This document shows, piece by piece, positions 34,195-43,931 of a stretch of DNA of 64,000 nucleotides. A program made the position numbers and the translations under genes. Numbering within the stretch: position 1 is the first letter of the stretch; each line of letters begins with the position of its first letter. The notes beneath the pieces are model-generated. The model did not search any database. It saw only the letters and a program-made list of their open reading frames with translations, and was not told where the DNA came from. The stretch comes from Candidatus Uhrbacteria bacterium (GTDB lineage Bacteria; Patescibacteriota; Patescibacteriia; UBA9934; UBA10169): assembly GCA_016187485.1 (NCBI GenBank), contig JACPJO010000004.1, forward strand, positions 56,306-120,305, read 5' to 3'.

Positions 34195-35166
34195 TTACAG
34201 AGTCTCATCCGGCCAGCGATACACATCAAACGCCCACTGCGAGAGCGCCTTCGCTTCTTGGAACCGACTCTGCGCTGTCTCGGACCCAAGCACCACTGTG
34301 TAGAGTGCATGCCCCACGCCATCCTCCACGCGCACACCAACTCCGTACCCCGCAAGCGGAAGGTATCCCGTCTTCCCTACGGCGATCGCATAGGGCGGCG
34401 CATTCAAGTAGGAGGCAAGAAGATTGTTTGTGGTAGGAATACTGTATGTGCGGCCAGAGGTACTGGAAAATTCAGCAAGAGGAATACGAGATATCTCCGT
34501 GATGGTCGGGTTGTCGAGCGCTGCTTTGAGTAAGACCACGATGTCCCGTGCCGTGGCCACATTATGCGGATCAAGTCCCGTAGGTTCGACAAAGGCCGCG
34601 CGGCGCATCCCTATCTCTCCTGCCTTTTCGTTCATACGCGCCGCAAACTGCTCGGGGGAAAGGCCGGACAGACGCGCGAGCGCTATTGTCGCCGGATTGT
34701 CTGACCCCACCAGGCTTGCCTCAAGAAGATGGCGGACGCTCACTTCATCCTCCACATACAGATGGTCACGTCCGCCCTGGCGTAAGTCCACCGGGAGAAC
34801 ACTTGCCGGAGCGGAGACATCTGGGTTGGTCTCCAAAAAGACAAGCGCCGCTAATAGTTTCGTAAGACTTCCAATGGAGCGCACCTCTTCAGGATGTTTT
34901 GCAAAAAGCTCTGCTCCGCTTCCCGCATCCGCCACCAGCACGCTTGATGCTGTGGTAATAACCCCAAGCCGTGTCGCATCTACTTTCTCGGGAGGACGCA
35001 AACCACTCGTCGGAAGAGGAGCGGGAATCCACGCGCTTATCCCCTCCACCAGGGCAGGCGCCTCTTTCGCTTCCGGAAGCGTGGCGTATTCCAACGCAGA
35101 CGGTGAAGTAGGAACAAATTCCACCATCGCTGCGGCAAGAACAAGTTGCGTAAATAAGCGGATCAT
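34195..35166 (-). CDS. D-alanyl-D-alanine carboxypeptidase (S11, PBP5/6-like)
   Basis: SxxK (SLTK), SxN (SDN) and KTG (KTGY) motifs, and a signal peptide. Confidence 0.8.
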   Translation of the reverse strand: MIRLFTQLVLAAAMVEFVPTSPSALEYATLPEAKEAPALVEGISAWIPAPLPTSGLRPPEKVDATRLGVITTASSVLVADAGSGAELFAKHPEEVRSIGSLTKLLAALVFLETNPDVSAPASVLPVDLRQGGRDHLYVEDEVSVRHLLEASLVGSDNPATIALARLSGLSPEQFAARMNEKAGEIGMRRAAFVEPTGLDPHNVATARDIVVLLKAALDNPTITEISRIPLAEFSSTSGRTYSIPTTNNLLASYLNAPPYAIAVGKTGYLPLAGYGVGVRVEDGVGHALYTVVLGSETAQSRFQEAKALSQWAFDVYRWPDETL

Positions 35167-35723
35167 ACCGAGTCCTCCGGCATGGCGGAGAGCTGTGCTT
35201 GAAGCCGCGCCACATCTTCATTCTTTGCAAACGCGGTGTAGTTTGGAAGCTGCACAACCGACGTGCATCCCAGATGCCGAAGAAGTGTTGGACTCACACG
35301 GTAGGTAGGTTGCATCTTTTGTTCGTTGGGTTCTTCTACAACCATGTCGCGCATCAGCAAATGGCGAAGGATCAGCGTGCAATTCACTCCGCGTACTTGC
35401 TCAATCTCAGGCTTCGTCATCGGCCCGCGGTACGCAATCACCGTAAGCGTTTCAAGCGCTGGGCGTGTGAGTTCGCTCGCGGCATCCTGTTTGACGAACT
35501 GTTCCAGGTCGCTCGCATAGGCAGGATTGCTTACCAGTTGAACGTCCTCGCCTGTTTCCAGCACGCATACGCCCGCATCTGTCGCATGGCAGCGCGACAC
35601 AAGTTCTGTAAGTGCTCCCCCCACCTCTTCTTTCGTGCACCCAAGCGCGCGTGCGAGTTGGGCACGCGAGAGAGGTTTGGCAACCGCGAAGAGTACGGCT
35701 TCAAGACGAGAGGAAAGAGACAT
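35163..35723 (-). CDS. scpB: Segregation and condensation protein B
   Basis: LEAVLFAVAKPLSRAQLA...TLTVIAYRGPMTKPEIEQVRGV. Confidence 0.85.
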   Translation of the reverse strand: MSLSSRLEAVLFAVAKPLSRAQLARALGCTKEEVGGALTELVSRCHATDAGVCVLETGEDVQLVSNPAYASDLEQFVKQDAASELTRPALETLTVIAYRGPMTKPEIEQVRGVNCTLILRHLLMRDMVVEEPNEQKMQPTYRVSPTLLRHLGCTSVVQLPNYTAFAKNEDVARLQAQLSAMPEDSV

Positions 35724-35726
35724 AGC

Positions 35727-36449
35727 CTAGATGCGTTCAATGGTAATGTCGCGAAAGGTCGCAGACTGACGTGTGCGCACAAGCCGCTGTTTCATAAGCT
35801 CAAGAAGCGCCAAAAAGCTTACCACCACATCTATTCTTCGAGACGCACCCGACGTGAGGTCACGAAACGCGAGCGTCGCACGCGACATAATGGCAGCGCG
35901 TAATTCCTGCATGCGCTCCGCTACCGACGCCACGCGCTCCATCGTAGTACGCTTAAGAGCAAAGAATGGTTCAAGTATACGCAGCACGCGTGCAAAAGCT
36001 TCTTCCAGAACCTTCCCTGTAAGCGTCGAGGGAAATGCACGTGTCTTGAGTGTCGGCAGTTGCGGCCTCGGCCGTTCTGCCATTTTTGGCAGGAGAGAAA
36101 ACGCTTCCTCGATGTGCGGCGCCAATTCCATAAAGAGCTTGTAGAGTTGAACTTGCAGGGCAAGTTGCTCTCCTGTCCGTTCCTCCTCTGCTTTCTTCTC
36201 TGGGAGCAATTCTTGGGACTTCAGATAAAGAAGACGCGAGGCGACAAGGAGAAAATCTGCAAGTTCGTCCGCCGGTACTTCATGCGTATCGAGATACCGC
36301 AGATATTGTTCGGTAACGGCCGAAAGGGAAACTTCCGTGATCGGCATCTCTTCGTGCTCGATCAATTCCAGCAATAAATGAAGCGGTCCAGAAAACCGTT
36401 CGGTCTCGATAGTGTACGCAGGTCGTTTGCGATCCTCCATGTTATACAA
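35727..36449 (-). CDS. scpA: Segregation and condensation protein A
   Basis: FSGPLHLLLELIEHEEMPITEVSLSAVTEQYLRYL. Confidence 0.85.
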   Translation of the reverse strand: MYNMEDRKRPAYTIETERFSGPLHLLLELIEHEEMPITEVSLSAVTEQYLRYLDTHEVPADELADFLLVASRLLYLKSQELLPEKKAEEERTGEQLALQVQLYKLFMELAPHIEEAFSLLPKMAERPRPQLPTLKTRAFPSTLTGKVLEEAFARVLRILEPFFALKRTTMERVASVAERMQELRAAIMSRATLAFRDLTSGASRRIDVVVSFLALLELMKQRLVRTRQSATFRDITIERI

Positions 36450-37839
36450 TCTTTATATGCGCCTCGCGGAGCGCTTTGGCGGACACATCGCTTGGCGCAC
36501 CCATCATGGGGTCGCGCGCGTCACCCGTCTTTGGGAAAGCAATCACTTCACGGATGTTGGGCTCCCCCGCCAGCAACATAACGATGCGATCAATACCCGG
36601 CGCGAACCCTCCGTGGGGTGGCGCGCCAAACGTGAACGCTTCAAGCATATGACCGAATCGTGTCTGTTGTTCCTCCTCGCTTACCTTCAAGAGATCGAAA
36701 ATGCGCTTTTGCAGATCACGTTCGTGAATACGGATACTGCCCGACGACAACTCATAGCCATTTAAGACAAGGTCATACGCATTCGCACGAATCGTTAGAA
36801 GATCTTCTCCGGCCATAAATTTTTCGCGGTCCTCTTCATGGATGGAGCAGAACGGATGGTGCTTCGCGGCAAGCTCGCCTTCTTCGTCCATTTCGAACAT
36901 GGGGAAATCAAGCACCCAACCAAACGCGAGTTCGTTTGGATCACTTTTATCTTGGCGAAGATCGGGCTTGTCCGTGCCGTACTTTTCTATCGCCTCGTTG
37001 TACGAAAGACGTGCGAATGGACGCGTGGAGATCCGCTTGTCCGGAAACAATTTTTCCACAAGGGCGATAAACATAGCCTCTGTGTATTGCAGAACATCTT
37101 CTTGCGTCACAAAGGACATCTCAAAGTCGAGCTGTGTAAACTCAGGCTGGCGATCACCGCGCTGGTCCTCATCGCGAAAGCACCGCGCCACTTGGAAGTA
37201 GCGCTCGAACCCTGCCACCATGCAGAGCTGTTTGAACTGCTGCGGCGATTGCGGCAAGACGTAGAACTTCCCTTCGTGGATGCGCGACGGCACAATAAAC
37301 TCGCGCGCCCCCTCGGGGGTGCCTTTCATAAGGATCGGCGTTTCAATCTCCACGAAATCATGTGCATGCATGTATTCGCGGAAAAAAGTGATCACGCGGT
37401 CACGTAGCCGGATATTTCGCTGCATGCGCTCCGCACGAAGATCCAGGTATCGATATTTCAACCGAAGCTCCTCGTTGATACCAGACGTTTCTTTGTTGAC
37501 CTCAAACGGCGGCGTCGCCGCTTTGTTCAACAACCGCACGTCTTTTGCCGCTACCTCAATCATGCCCGTGGGGAGGTCCACATTCACTTGCTTCGCACCG
37601 CGTTTTTGCACAACACCAGAAACTTCCACAACATATTCATGGCCAAGCCCGCTCACCACTTCGATCGTATCAGCCGAAAGATCCGGCTTGTAACACACAA
37701 TCTGCACCAAACCACTCCGGTCGCGCAAGTCAAAAAACACCAATTTATCCCCCATGATACGCACAGAATGCACCCAGCCCTTCAGAAGGACAGCGTTCCC
37801 TTCTGCATTCACCGTCTCCCCAGCAAGTAAGCGCTCCAT
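36442..37839 (-). CDS. aspS: Aspartyl-tRNA synthetase, bacterial-type core but short (465 aa), without the GAD insertion domain
   Basis: QSPQQFKQLCMVAGFERYFQVARCFRDEDQRGDRQPEFTQLDFEMSF and C-terminal GGFAPGIDRIVMLL. Confidence 0.88.
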   Translation of the reverse strand: MERLLAGETVNAEGNAVLLKGWVHSVRIMGDKLVFFDLRDRSGLVQIVCYKPDLSADTIEVVSGLGHEYVVEVSGVVQKRGAKQVNVDLPTGMIEVAAKDVRLLNKAATPPFEVNKETSGINEELRLKYRYLDLRAERMQRNIRLRDRVITFFREYMHAHDFVEIETPILMKGTPEGAREFIVPSRIHEGKFYVLPQSPQQFKQLCMVAGFERYFQVARCFRDEDQRGDRQPEFTQLDFEMSFVTQEDVLQYTEAMFIALVEKLFPDKRISTRPFARLSYNEAIEKYGTDKPDLRQDKSDPNELAFGWVLDFPMFEMDEEGELAAKHHPFCSIHEEDREKFMAGEDLLTIRANAYDLVLNGYELSSGSIRIHERDLQKRIFDLLKVSEEEQQTRFGHMLEAFTFGAPPHGGFAPGIDRIVMLLAGEPNIREVIAFPKTGDARDPMMGAPSDVSAKALREAHIKIV

Positions 37840-37840
37840 A

Positions 37841-39187
37841 TTATGGTGTCAAACGATTAATAGTTCTTGGGAAAGGGATCGTCTCGCGCACGTGGTTGAC
37901 GCCGGTAATCCAGCGTACCCAACGCTCTAATCCGACACCGCCGCCCGCATGAGGAATTCCTCCGTACTTCCGCACATCCAGATACCATTGGTAATCTTCC
38001 ACGCGGTAGTTGCGCTCTTTCAGGTTCGCCAAGAGCTTCTGGTAATCGTTTTCACGCACGGCTGCTGTCGCAATCTCTCCGGCACCCTCAGGCGCAATCA
38101 AATCGGCACAGTATCCGCGTTCAATACCATCTGCGTCTGTATAGCGATGCATATAGAACGCCTTAACCGCGTAGGGATAGTCTTCAATAAACACAGGGAG
38201 TTGATAGATCTCGCCGATTTTCTCTTCAGCCTCGGTGTTCAGATCATCCTCTGCCGTCAAATGAAAACCGTGTTGTTCATTAAGCGTTCGGATCATGTCA
38301 CGTAGTTTGAATCTTGGGAACGGTTCCTTTGCGGCGCGGGCCAAGAGCGTCGTGTCGCGTTCCAATATCTTCAATTCTTGTGCGCGTTCCTTCAATACAT
38401 GCGTGAGCACGTACTTCAACAGGCGCTCCGTGAAATCCATGCTCGCCGCTTGATCGAACAACGGCGCTTCCCAATCCATCATCCAAAACTCATTCAGGTG
38501 CTTGCGCGTCTTGGATTTCTCGGCGCGAAACACCGGCCCAAAGTCGTACACTCGGCCAAGTCCATGCTCCATTGCCTCCAAATAAAGTTGCCCCGATTGC
38601 GTGAGGTATGCCGGTGTACCGAAGTGATCCACCGCATAAAGTTCCGTAGTGTCTTCGCAAGATGTTGGTTGAAAGATCGGCGTATCTGTGCGCGTGAATC
38701 CTTCATGGCGCAAAAACTCCACAATGCGCCAGGTTATCTCATCACGAATGCGCAGCACCGCCCACGGCGTGGCAGAACGTACGTAGAGGTGACGATTGTC
38801 GAAAAGAAATTCAGGGCCGTGCTCTTTCTTCGCGATCGGATAGTCTTCTTCGGCAAGCGAGAGGATTTCAAATCCCGTTCCTTCTACTTCGTATCCGGAC
38901 GGAGCCCGCGGTTCAGCCTTCACGACTCCGCGCACAACCACAGAAGACTCCATCCGCACCCTCGTAAGTTCCTGCCAAAGAGACTCCTCCACTCCCCCTT
39001 TGCTGTAGACTATTTGAACAAAGCCCGTCCCGTCACGAAATTGCAAAAAGAAAATCTTTCCGCTCGAGCGAAAGTTGTAGGCCCACCCTTTCAGTTCCAC
39101 CTCCTCCCCAACCTCCCCCGGCAGATCTGCCACAAAACACGTATGCATAGCAGGGAAAAGTGTACCCAATCTGGGGTTGCGGCGCAA
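37841..39187 (-). CDS. asnS: Asparaginyl-tRNA synthetase
   Basis: FRAEKSKTRKHLNEFWMMDWE and C-terminal GGIPHAGGGVGLERWVRWI match AsnRS class IIb. Confidence 0.82.
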   Translation of the reverse strand: MRRNPRLGTLFPAMHTCFVADLPGEVGEEVELKGWAYNFRSSGKIFFLQFRDGTGFVQIVYSKGGVEESLWQELTRVRMESSVVVRGVVKAEPRAPSGYEVEGTGFEILSLAEEDYPIAKKEHGPEFLFDNRHLYVRSATPWAVLRIRDEITWRIVEFLRHEGFTRTDTPIFQPTSCEDTTELYAVDHFGTPAYLTQSGQLYLEAMEHGLGRVYDFGPVFRAEKSKTRKHLNEFWMMDWEAPLFDQAASMDFTERLLKYVLTHVLKERAQELKILERDTTLLARAAKEPFPRFKLRDMIRTLNEQHGFHLTAEDDLNTEAEEKIGEIYQLPVFIEDYPYAVKAFYMHRYTDADGIERGYCADLIAPEGAGEIATAAVRENDYQKLLANLKERNYRVEDYQWYLDVRKYGGIPHAGGGVGLERWVRWITGVNHVRETIPFPRTINRLTP

Positions 39188-39198
39188 TGCGGGGCCGT

Positions 39199-39957
39199 TT
39201 AAGTAAAAATCATCTGTGAAAGGGAGACGGCGGGGAGGGCCGGGGCATGAGCAAGAAGGAGAGATTCGACCACCTCCCCCATTTCGACAAGCACCTCCGG
39301 AGAGCGCGCCAACCGGTTGACCTCATCCAGAGCCTCACGTCGGGCAAAACGCAAAACACGAATCGTATCAGGACTCAAAGACTTTCCGGTTATCCCTTCT
39401 TGTGCGGCAGCGCACGCTTCGCAAAGAAGCCCTCCCTTAAGCGAGGACCACGTGGCCTTCTCGCGAATAGATTGACGACATTCTACGCACAGAGAGAGCT
39501 CCGGCCCGTAGCCGGCGGCCGAAAGAAAGTGGAGAGCCACGGTGTACCAGGAAAGCGCGTCGAGACGTTCGTCAGGCGTGCGTAGAAGAAATCGCATCCA
39601 TTCCTCAAGCGCGGTATAGGTATGCGGTTCGGCGTGATGAAGACGCGTCGTAAGGTCGGCAAGCGCGCGCGCCGCGTGCGCATATACGCTCGCTTTCGGA
39701 CGTCGGGCCAATAAAGGAAAAGATTCTACCGATTCTACGCCGGCCACCGTAAGGCCGCGCCTCCCTTCAACGACAAGAACCTGCACAACGCCAGGCGATT
39801 CGAGTTGCGGAGTAAGCTTTGCTAATATTTTCGCCCCGCCCTTTGCTAAAAGTTCCACCTTGCCATGCGTGCGGCTTAAAAAAACATACACGCGGTCCGC
39901 CTCCCGGTGCGCGCGGCGGTGGAGCACCATGCCGGTTGTTGAAAAAATATTACCCAC
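39199..39957 (-). CDS. recO: DNA repair protein RecO
   Basis: OB-fold N-terminus MVLHRRAHREADRVYVFL and C-terminal zinc ribbon CVECRQ...CEAC. Confidence 0.85.
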   Translation of the reverse strand: MGNIFSTTGMVLHRRAHREADRVYVFLSRTHGKVELLAKGGAKILAKLTPQLESPGVVQVLVVEGRRGLTVAGVESVESFPLLARRPKASVYAHAARALADLTTRLHHAEPHTYTALEEWMRFLLRTPDERLDALSWYTVALHFLSAAGYGPELSLCVECRQSIREKATWSSLKGGLLCEACAAAQEGITGKSLSPDTIRVLRFARREALDEVNRLARSPEVLVEMGEVVESLLLAHAPALPAVSLSQMIFT

Positions 39958-40351
39958 GCGTTTTTTCTAGATAGTCTTGGAGCAATAACATAGCGGCAAG
40001 GGCGTCTTCCTTCACGCGCGAGCCGTGCTCTCTCTGCAAGCGACGGCTTTCCGTGGTCGTAAAGCTTTCCTCTATCTCCTCCACCAGCACCGCCGTGGAG
40101 CTTGAGAGCTTACGCAGAAAATCAAGCGCGATGTCGGTCTGCGCGCTGGCGCTTCCATCCGCTTTGCGCGGCACTCCCACTACAATGCGGTCGAATTGTT
40201 CGGCGCGCACAAATCCGGCGATGCGCTCCGCCATCTTCCCCGGTTCGTTGTCGTGATACCAAACATCAAGCGGGACAGCGGTCTTCGCCTGTGTGTCCGC
40301 AAGCGCCAGCCCCACCTTGCGTGTTCCATAGTCAACGCCAAGCACGCGCAT
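39950..40351 (-). CDS. ruvX: Putative pre-16S rRNA nuclease / Holliday-junction resolvase-like RuvX (YqgF)
   Basis: MRVLGVDYGTRKVGLALAD...DRIVVGVPRKADGSAS. Confidence 0.85.
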   Translation of the reverse strand: MRVLGVDYGTRKVGLALADTQAKTAVPLDVWYHDNEPGKMAERIAGFVRAEQFDRIVVGVPRKADGSASAQTDIALDFLRKLSSSTAVLVEEIEESFTTTESRRLQREHGSRVKEDALAAMLLLQDYLEKTRG

Positions 40352-40353
40352 AG

Positions 40354-41130
40354 CTACACCGGGAGAGGCGTAAGAATTTCTGGGATGCCATTCACCAAAG
40401 CAAGAGAAACTTCAAAGTGCGCCCCGAGGCTCCCATCCACCGTAACGATGCTCCATCCGTCCGATTCCGTTTTCACGTGGTAGTCTCCAAGCGTCACCAT
40501 CGGTTCTACCGCCAGACACTGCCCTTCTTCCAATTTGGTACGCTCGTACTGCGCGTCATAATAATTCGGCACGTGCGGCGCTTCGTGTACTTCGTGCCCC
40601 ACGCCATGTCCCACAAGGGCGCGCACAATCCCAAACTTATACGGTTTAACAATCCGTTCAACGACTCTCCCAACGTCCGCCACCGTGCCGCCAACACGCA
40701 GGCCTGCCACCGCTGTTTCCATAGCTTCGCGCGTGACACGAAGGAGAATACTCGCTTCTTCAGAAATCTTTCCCACCGGAACCGTCACGGCCATATCTGT
40801 GCACAAGCCCTTGTACCAGCAACCAATGTCGAGGCCAACAATATCGCCCTCCCGAAGCTCCCGATCGCGTGCGCCAGATCCGTGCACAACTTCTTCATTC
40901 ACCGAAATGCATACGGTGGAGGGAAATGGTGGATCGTGAGGTTTTCCTTTGTATCCCAAAAATGATGGCGTGGCGCCCGCTGCGCGCATAGACGCCTCGG
41001 CTGCCGCATCAAGATCACGAAGCCGCACGCCGGGAGCGACAGCATCTACAGCAACTTTCAATGCAGCGGAGAGGATTGCTCCGCCTTCGCGCATGAGGTG
41101 AATTTCTTCCGGGGTTTTTGTCCAACTCAT
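40354..41130 (-). CDS. map: Methionine aminopeptidase type I
   Basis: Metal ligands in DIVGLDIGCWYKGLCTDMAVT and HGVGHEVHEAPHVPNY. Confidence 0.9.
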   Translation of the reverse strand: MSWTKTPEEIHLMREGGAILSAALKVAVDAVAPGVRLRDLDAAAEASMRAAGATPSFLGYKGKPHDPPFPSTVCISVNEEVVHGSGARDRELREGDIVGLDIGCWYKGLCTDMAVTVPVGKISEEASILLRVTREAMETAVAGLRVGGTVADVGRVVERIVKPYKFGIVRALVGHGVGHEVHEAPHVPNYYDAQYERTKLEEGQCLAVEPMVTLGDYHVKTESDGWSIVTVDGSLGAHFEVSLALVNGIPEILTPLPV

Positions 41131-41753
41131 AAAGAGGCAATAATGCGCGCCTGCACTTCCGCAACCGACCCCATGCCGTCCACATGGTGGAGAAGTCCTT
41201 TCGCCTCGTACTGCGCTATAACGGGAGTCGTGTCCTGCTCATAAATTTCCAGGCGCCGCATGATTGCTTCGGGTTTATCGTCGTCGCGTTGCACAAGAGT
41301 TCCCTCGCCGCAAAGACAGGACTCGCCCGCGGCATGCCCCTCGGCGGCACGATACACACGTCCGCAGACAAGGCACGTCAAGCGTCCAGAGAGGCGCCGC
41401 AAAGTTTCCTCTTTTGGAATTTCGATCACAAGCACATGCGTCGGCTCGTCTACCTGTTCCATAATCTCGTACTGACTCTGATTGCGCGGGAAACCATCCA
41501 GAATATATCCGTTTGTTGTATCGGGCTCTGCAAGGCGGTTTTTAAGAACCTCCGCCGCGACCGGATCGGATACAAGGTTCCCTTTGTCGGTAATGCGTTT
41601 GATCTCTTGGCCAAGAGAGGAGCCCGAGGAAACAACGTCGCGTAAAAGCTGGCCCATGCCAAATGCTGGAATATTGAGGTGCTTTGAAAGGAGTTCCGCC
41701 TGCGTCCCCTTCCCGCTCCCCTGGGGGCCCATCATGAGGATTTTGTAGGTCAT
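41127..41753 (-). CDS. adk: Adenylate kinase with a zinc-binding lid
   Basis: P-loop GPQGSGKGTQ and lid CLVCGRVY...CLCGEG. ATG at 41753. The track ORF extends to 41831. Confidence 0.9.
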   Translation of the reverse strand: MTYKILMMGPQGSGKGTQAELLSKHLNIPAFGMGQLLRDVVSSGSSLGQEIKRITDKGNLVSDPVAAEVLKNRLAEPDTTNGYILDGFPRNQSQYEIMEQVDEPTHVLVIEIPKEETLRRLSGRLTCLVCGRVYRAAEGHAAGESCLCGEGTLVQRDDDKPEAIMRRLEIYEQDTTPVIAQYEAKGLLHHVDGMGSVAEVQARIIASL

Positions 41754-41940
41754 AGCGGGAACAGTGTAGCAGAGGTTGGCAGGGTGAGGTAGGGGCCCAC
41801 AAGGGTTCCCTCGGAGCTTAATTCCGGGCAACAGCCATCGTTAAAATGACAAAGCCCCAGTGCGAGATGGTTCGAACCGAAGGTTCGAACCATCTCGCCT
41901 GGGGCGAGACACGTCGTGCGCAGACGACGTGAGTGGAGGT

Positions 41941-42411
41941 TCAGGGGACCGGCAGGAAGCCGACGAAGGAGACGTCGTAGTGCCAGGAGTCGGCGGGCCA
42001 ATGCCGGGCAAGATCACGACCGAACTGGTCGGACATGAAGCCCGGCACGGACAGCGACCTGCTGTCGTGGTACCAGCACGCGTCGATGTCGGGGACGGAG
42101 ATGTGGTAGCCCCGAGGATCAAAGACGCGACACCACCACGTGAAGGCGCCAACGTGGCCCAGGGCACCCTTCTTGCGGAAGTGGTCCCGGACGACGTCCG
42201 CCGGGATGACCTCGCCCGGCCGGAGGTCGGGCGTCCAGACCATCGGCTTGAACTTGCAGCCGCGACCCGGGATCAGCTTGCCGCTCGAGCCCACATAGTA
42301 GTCCCAGATGGTGTAGCCCTGATCCAAGTGGGTGAGATCGAGTTCGCGGGCCACGAGGGCGGTCAGCTTGGTAGCGTGGAGGTCGGGGACCGTGATGATG
42401 TCGTAATTCAT
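41941..42411 (-). CDS. Hypothetical 156-aa protein with compositionally foreign (GC3 near-saturated) codon usage, inserted between secY and adk. Trp/Tyr/His-rich, with a possible Cys...His (GRGCKF...GALGHVGAF) papain-fold-like motif (speculative)
   Basis: Codons are almost exclusively G/C-ending (AAG, GAC, GAG, TTC), unlike the flanking rp genes. Coherent amino-acid composition. The antisense ORF 41860..42543 is an Arg/Asp/Val artefact. Confidence 0.55.
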   Translation of the reverse strand: MNYDIITVPDLHATKLTALVARELDLTHLDQGYTIWDYYVGSSGKLIPGRGCKFKPMVWTPDLRPGEVIPADVVRDHFRKKGALGHVGAFTWWCRVFDPRGYHISVPDIDACWYHDSRSLSVPGFMSDQFGRDLARHWPADSWHYDVSFVGFLPVP

Positions 42412-42490
42412 GTTCCAGTTCCTTCCTTCTTGTCCGACACCAAAGTGTCAGACATGGGGGGTTGTCAAACTTATCACTCCAAACCTGCTA

Positions 42491-42507
42491 ACAACACGGG
42501 GTGTTGT
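42491..42507. promoter_or_regulatory. Operator-like perfect inverted repeat ACAACAC-GGG-GTGTTGT. A related half-site GGGGGGTTGTCAAAC and the palindrome GACACCAAAGTGTC lie upstream. All are in the 5' region of the inserted gene
   Basis: Seen directly at 42440-42510. Confidence 0.4.
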
Positions 42508-42605
42508 CACAAAAAACAGGTCTGGAATGACAAGCTCTTTTAAAGGACGAAGGTGTGAATTTACCAGAAAATCAGACTTTTGTCAATGAATATGGCCTAA
42601 TCTAG

Positions 42606-42640
42606 CATAAAAGCAAGGCCTTTGCCTTGCTTTTTTATGC
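42606..42640. terminator. Bidirectional rho-independent terminator ATAAAAGCAAGGC-cttt-GCCTTGCTTTTTTAT immediately 3' of secY
   Basis: 7-bp GC-rich stem flanked by an A-run and a T-run. Confidence 0.6.
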
Positions 42641-42659
42641 TGCCTCAAGACAACTCTTT

Positions 42660-43925
42660 TTAAACGTCGTATGCGTGAAGAGTCAGCTGCGAATCAACCT
42701 GTTTGATGACATCAATTACCACGGCAACCACGATCAGGATGGATGTGCCTCCAATAACGAGGTTTGCACTTCCCGTAAACTGCTGAATAATGAGCGGGAG
42801 CACGGCCAAGAGCGCCAGGAAGAGAGCGCCAGCAAACAACACGCGATTTACCACCCATCCCAAATACATAGCCGTAGATTGCCCCGGGCGAATGCCAGGA
42901 ATGAAAGCGCCACTCTTTTGAAGGTTCTCCGCTACACGATCAGGATGGAAAATCACCGAGGTATAGAAGTAGGTGAAAGCAAACACGAGCACAAAGTACA
43001 GCGCGCCGTAGACGGTTTGATTATTCACGACTTGTAACAGCCATGTTGCCGTGTCCTTCACCCACTCGGTGCGCGCATTCACCAGAAACTGTCCCACCGT
43101 TGTAGGGAGAAGCAGAATAGAGATTGCAAAAATAATTGGGATCACGCCCGCCATATTGAGCCGCAGCGGCAAATGGCTCGTGGCGGCACCAAGCAAGCGC
43201 GACCCACGGATCTGTCGCGCATGCTGGATAGGAATATTGCGTTGAGCCTCCTGCATCACCACGACGGCGTAGATCGTGACAAGCACCATGAGCACAAACA
43301 GGATCAGTGTGATCAAGCTGTCTTTGGTGTACACACTGAATGTCTGTTGAAGAAACGAGGGAAGCCCGGCGATAATTCCGGCAAAGATGATAATAGACGT
43401 GCCATTGCCTATCCGATATTCAGAAATAAGCTCCCCAAGCCACATCAGGAACACAGTCCCGGCAACCATAGAAAGGAGTGCTAATGCCATCGTCCAGCCC
43501 GACAGACTTGCGACAAGCGCTGGAGCCTGTTGCGACAGGAGTGCTGTGAGTCCGTACGCCTGGATAAAGGCAAGCGGCACGGTGGCCAGACGCGTCCACT
43601 GCATAATGCGCTGGCGTCCACGCTCTTCCTTTTGCATTTCTTCAAGAGACGGCACGACCATTCCGAGAAGCTGGAAGATGATAGACGAGGTGATGTAGGG
43701 AGCGACGCCGAGCGCGACAAGGGAAAAGTTGTCAAGGGTGCCGCCCGAAAAGATGTTCAAAAGCCCGAAGAATTGATTCCCTTCGAGTACTTGTGAAATA
43801 TCGCTCGCGTTCATGCCGGGCACCGGCACGTGCGCGACAAACCGAAACAATACCAACATGCCTCCCACTGCAAGCAGACTCCGGCGGAGAGCAGGGATCC
43901 GAATGACCTGGGTGAGCTTTGACAT
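42660..43925 (-). CDS. secY: Preprotein translocase SecY
   Basis: 10-TM SecY signature ...GGTSILIVVAVVIDVIKQ... Confidence 0.92.
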   Translation of the reverse strand: MSKLTQVIRIPALRRSLLAVGGMLVLFRFVAHVPVPGMNASDISQVLEGNQFFGLLNIFSGGTLDNFSLVALGVAPYITSSIIFQLLGMVVPSLEEMQKEERGRQRIMQWTRLATVPLAFIQAYGLTALLSQQAPALVASLSGWTMALALLSMVAGTVFLMWLGELISEYRIGNGTSIIIFAGIIAGLPSFLQQTFSVYTKDSLITLILFVLMVLVTIYAVVVMQEAQRNIPIQHARQIRGSRLLGAATSHLPLRLNMAGVIPIIFAISILLLPTTVGQFLVNARTEWVKDTATWLLQVVNNQTVYGALYFVLVFAFTYFYTSVIFHPDRVAENLQKSGAFIPGIRPGQSTAMYLGWVVNRVLFAGALFLALLAVLPLIIQQFTGSANLVIGGTSILIVVAVVIDVIKQVDSQLTLHAYDV

Positions 43926-43931
43926 AAGACG

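Noticed and set aside
41860-42543. 227-aa plus-strand ORF antisense to the inserted 156-aa gene
   Set aside because: Arg/Asp/Val/Gly-rich artefact. The minus frame is the compositionally sensible one.
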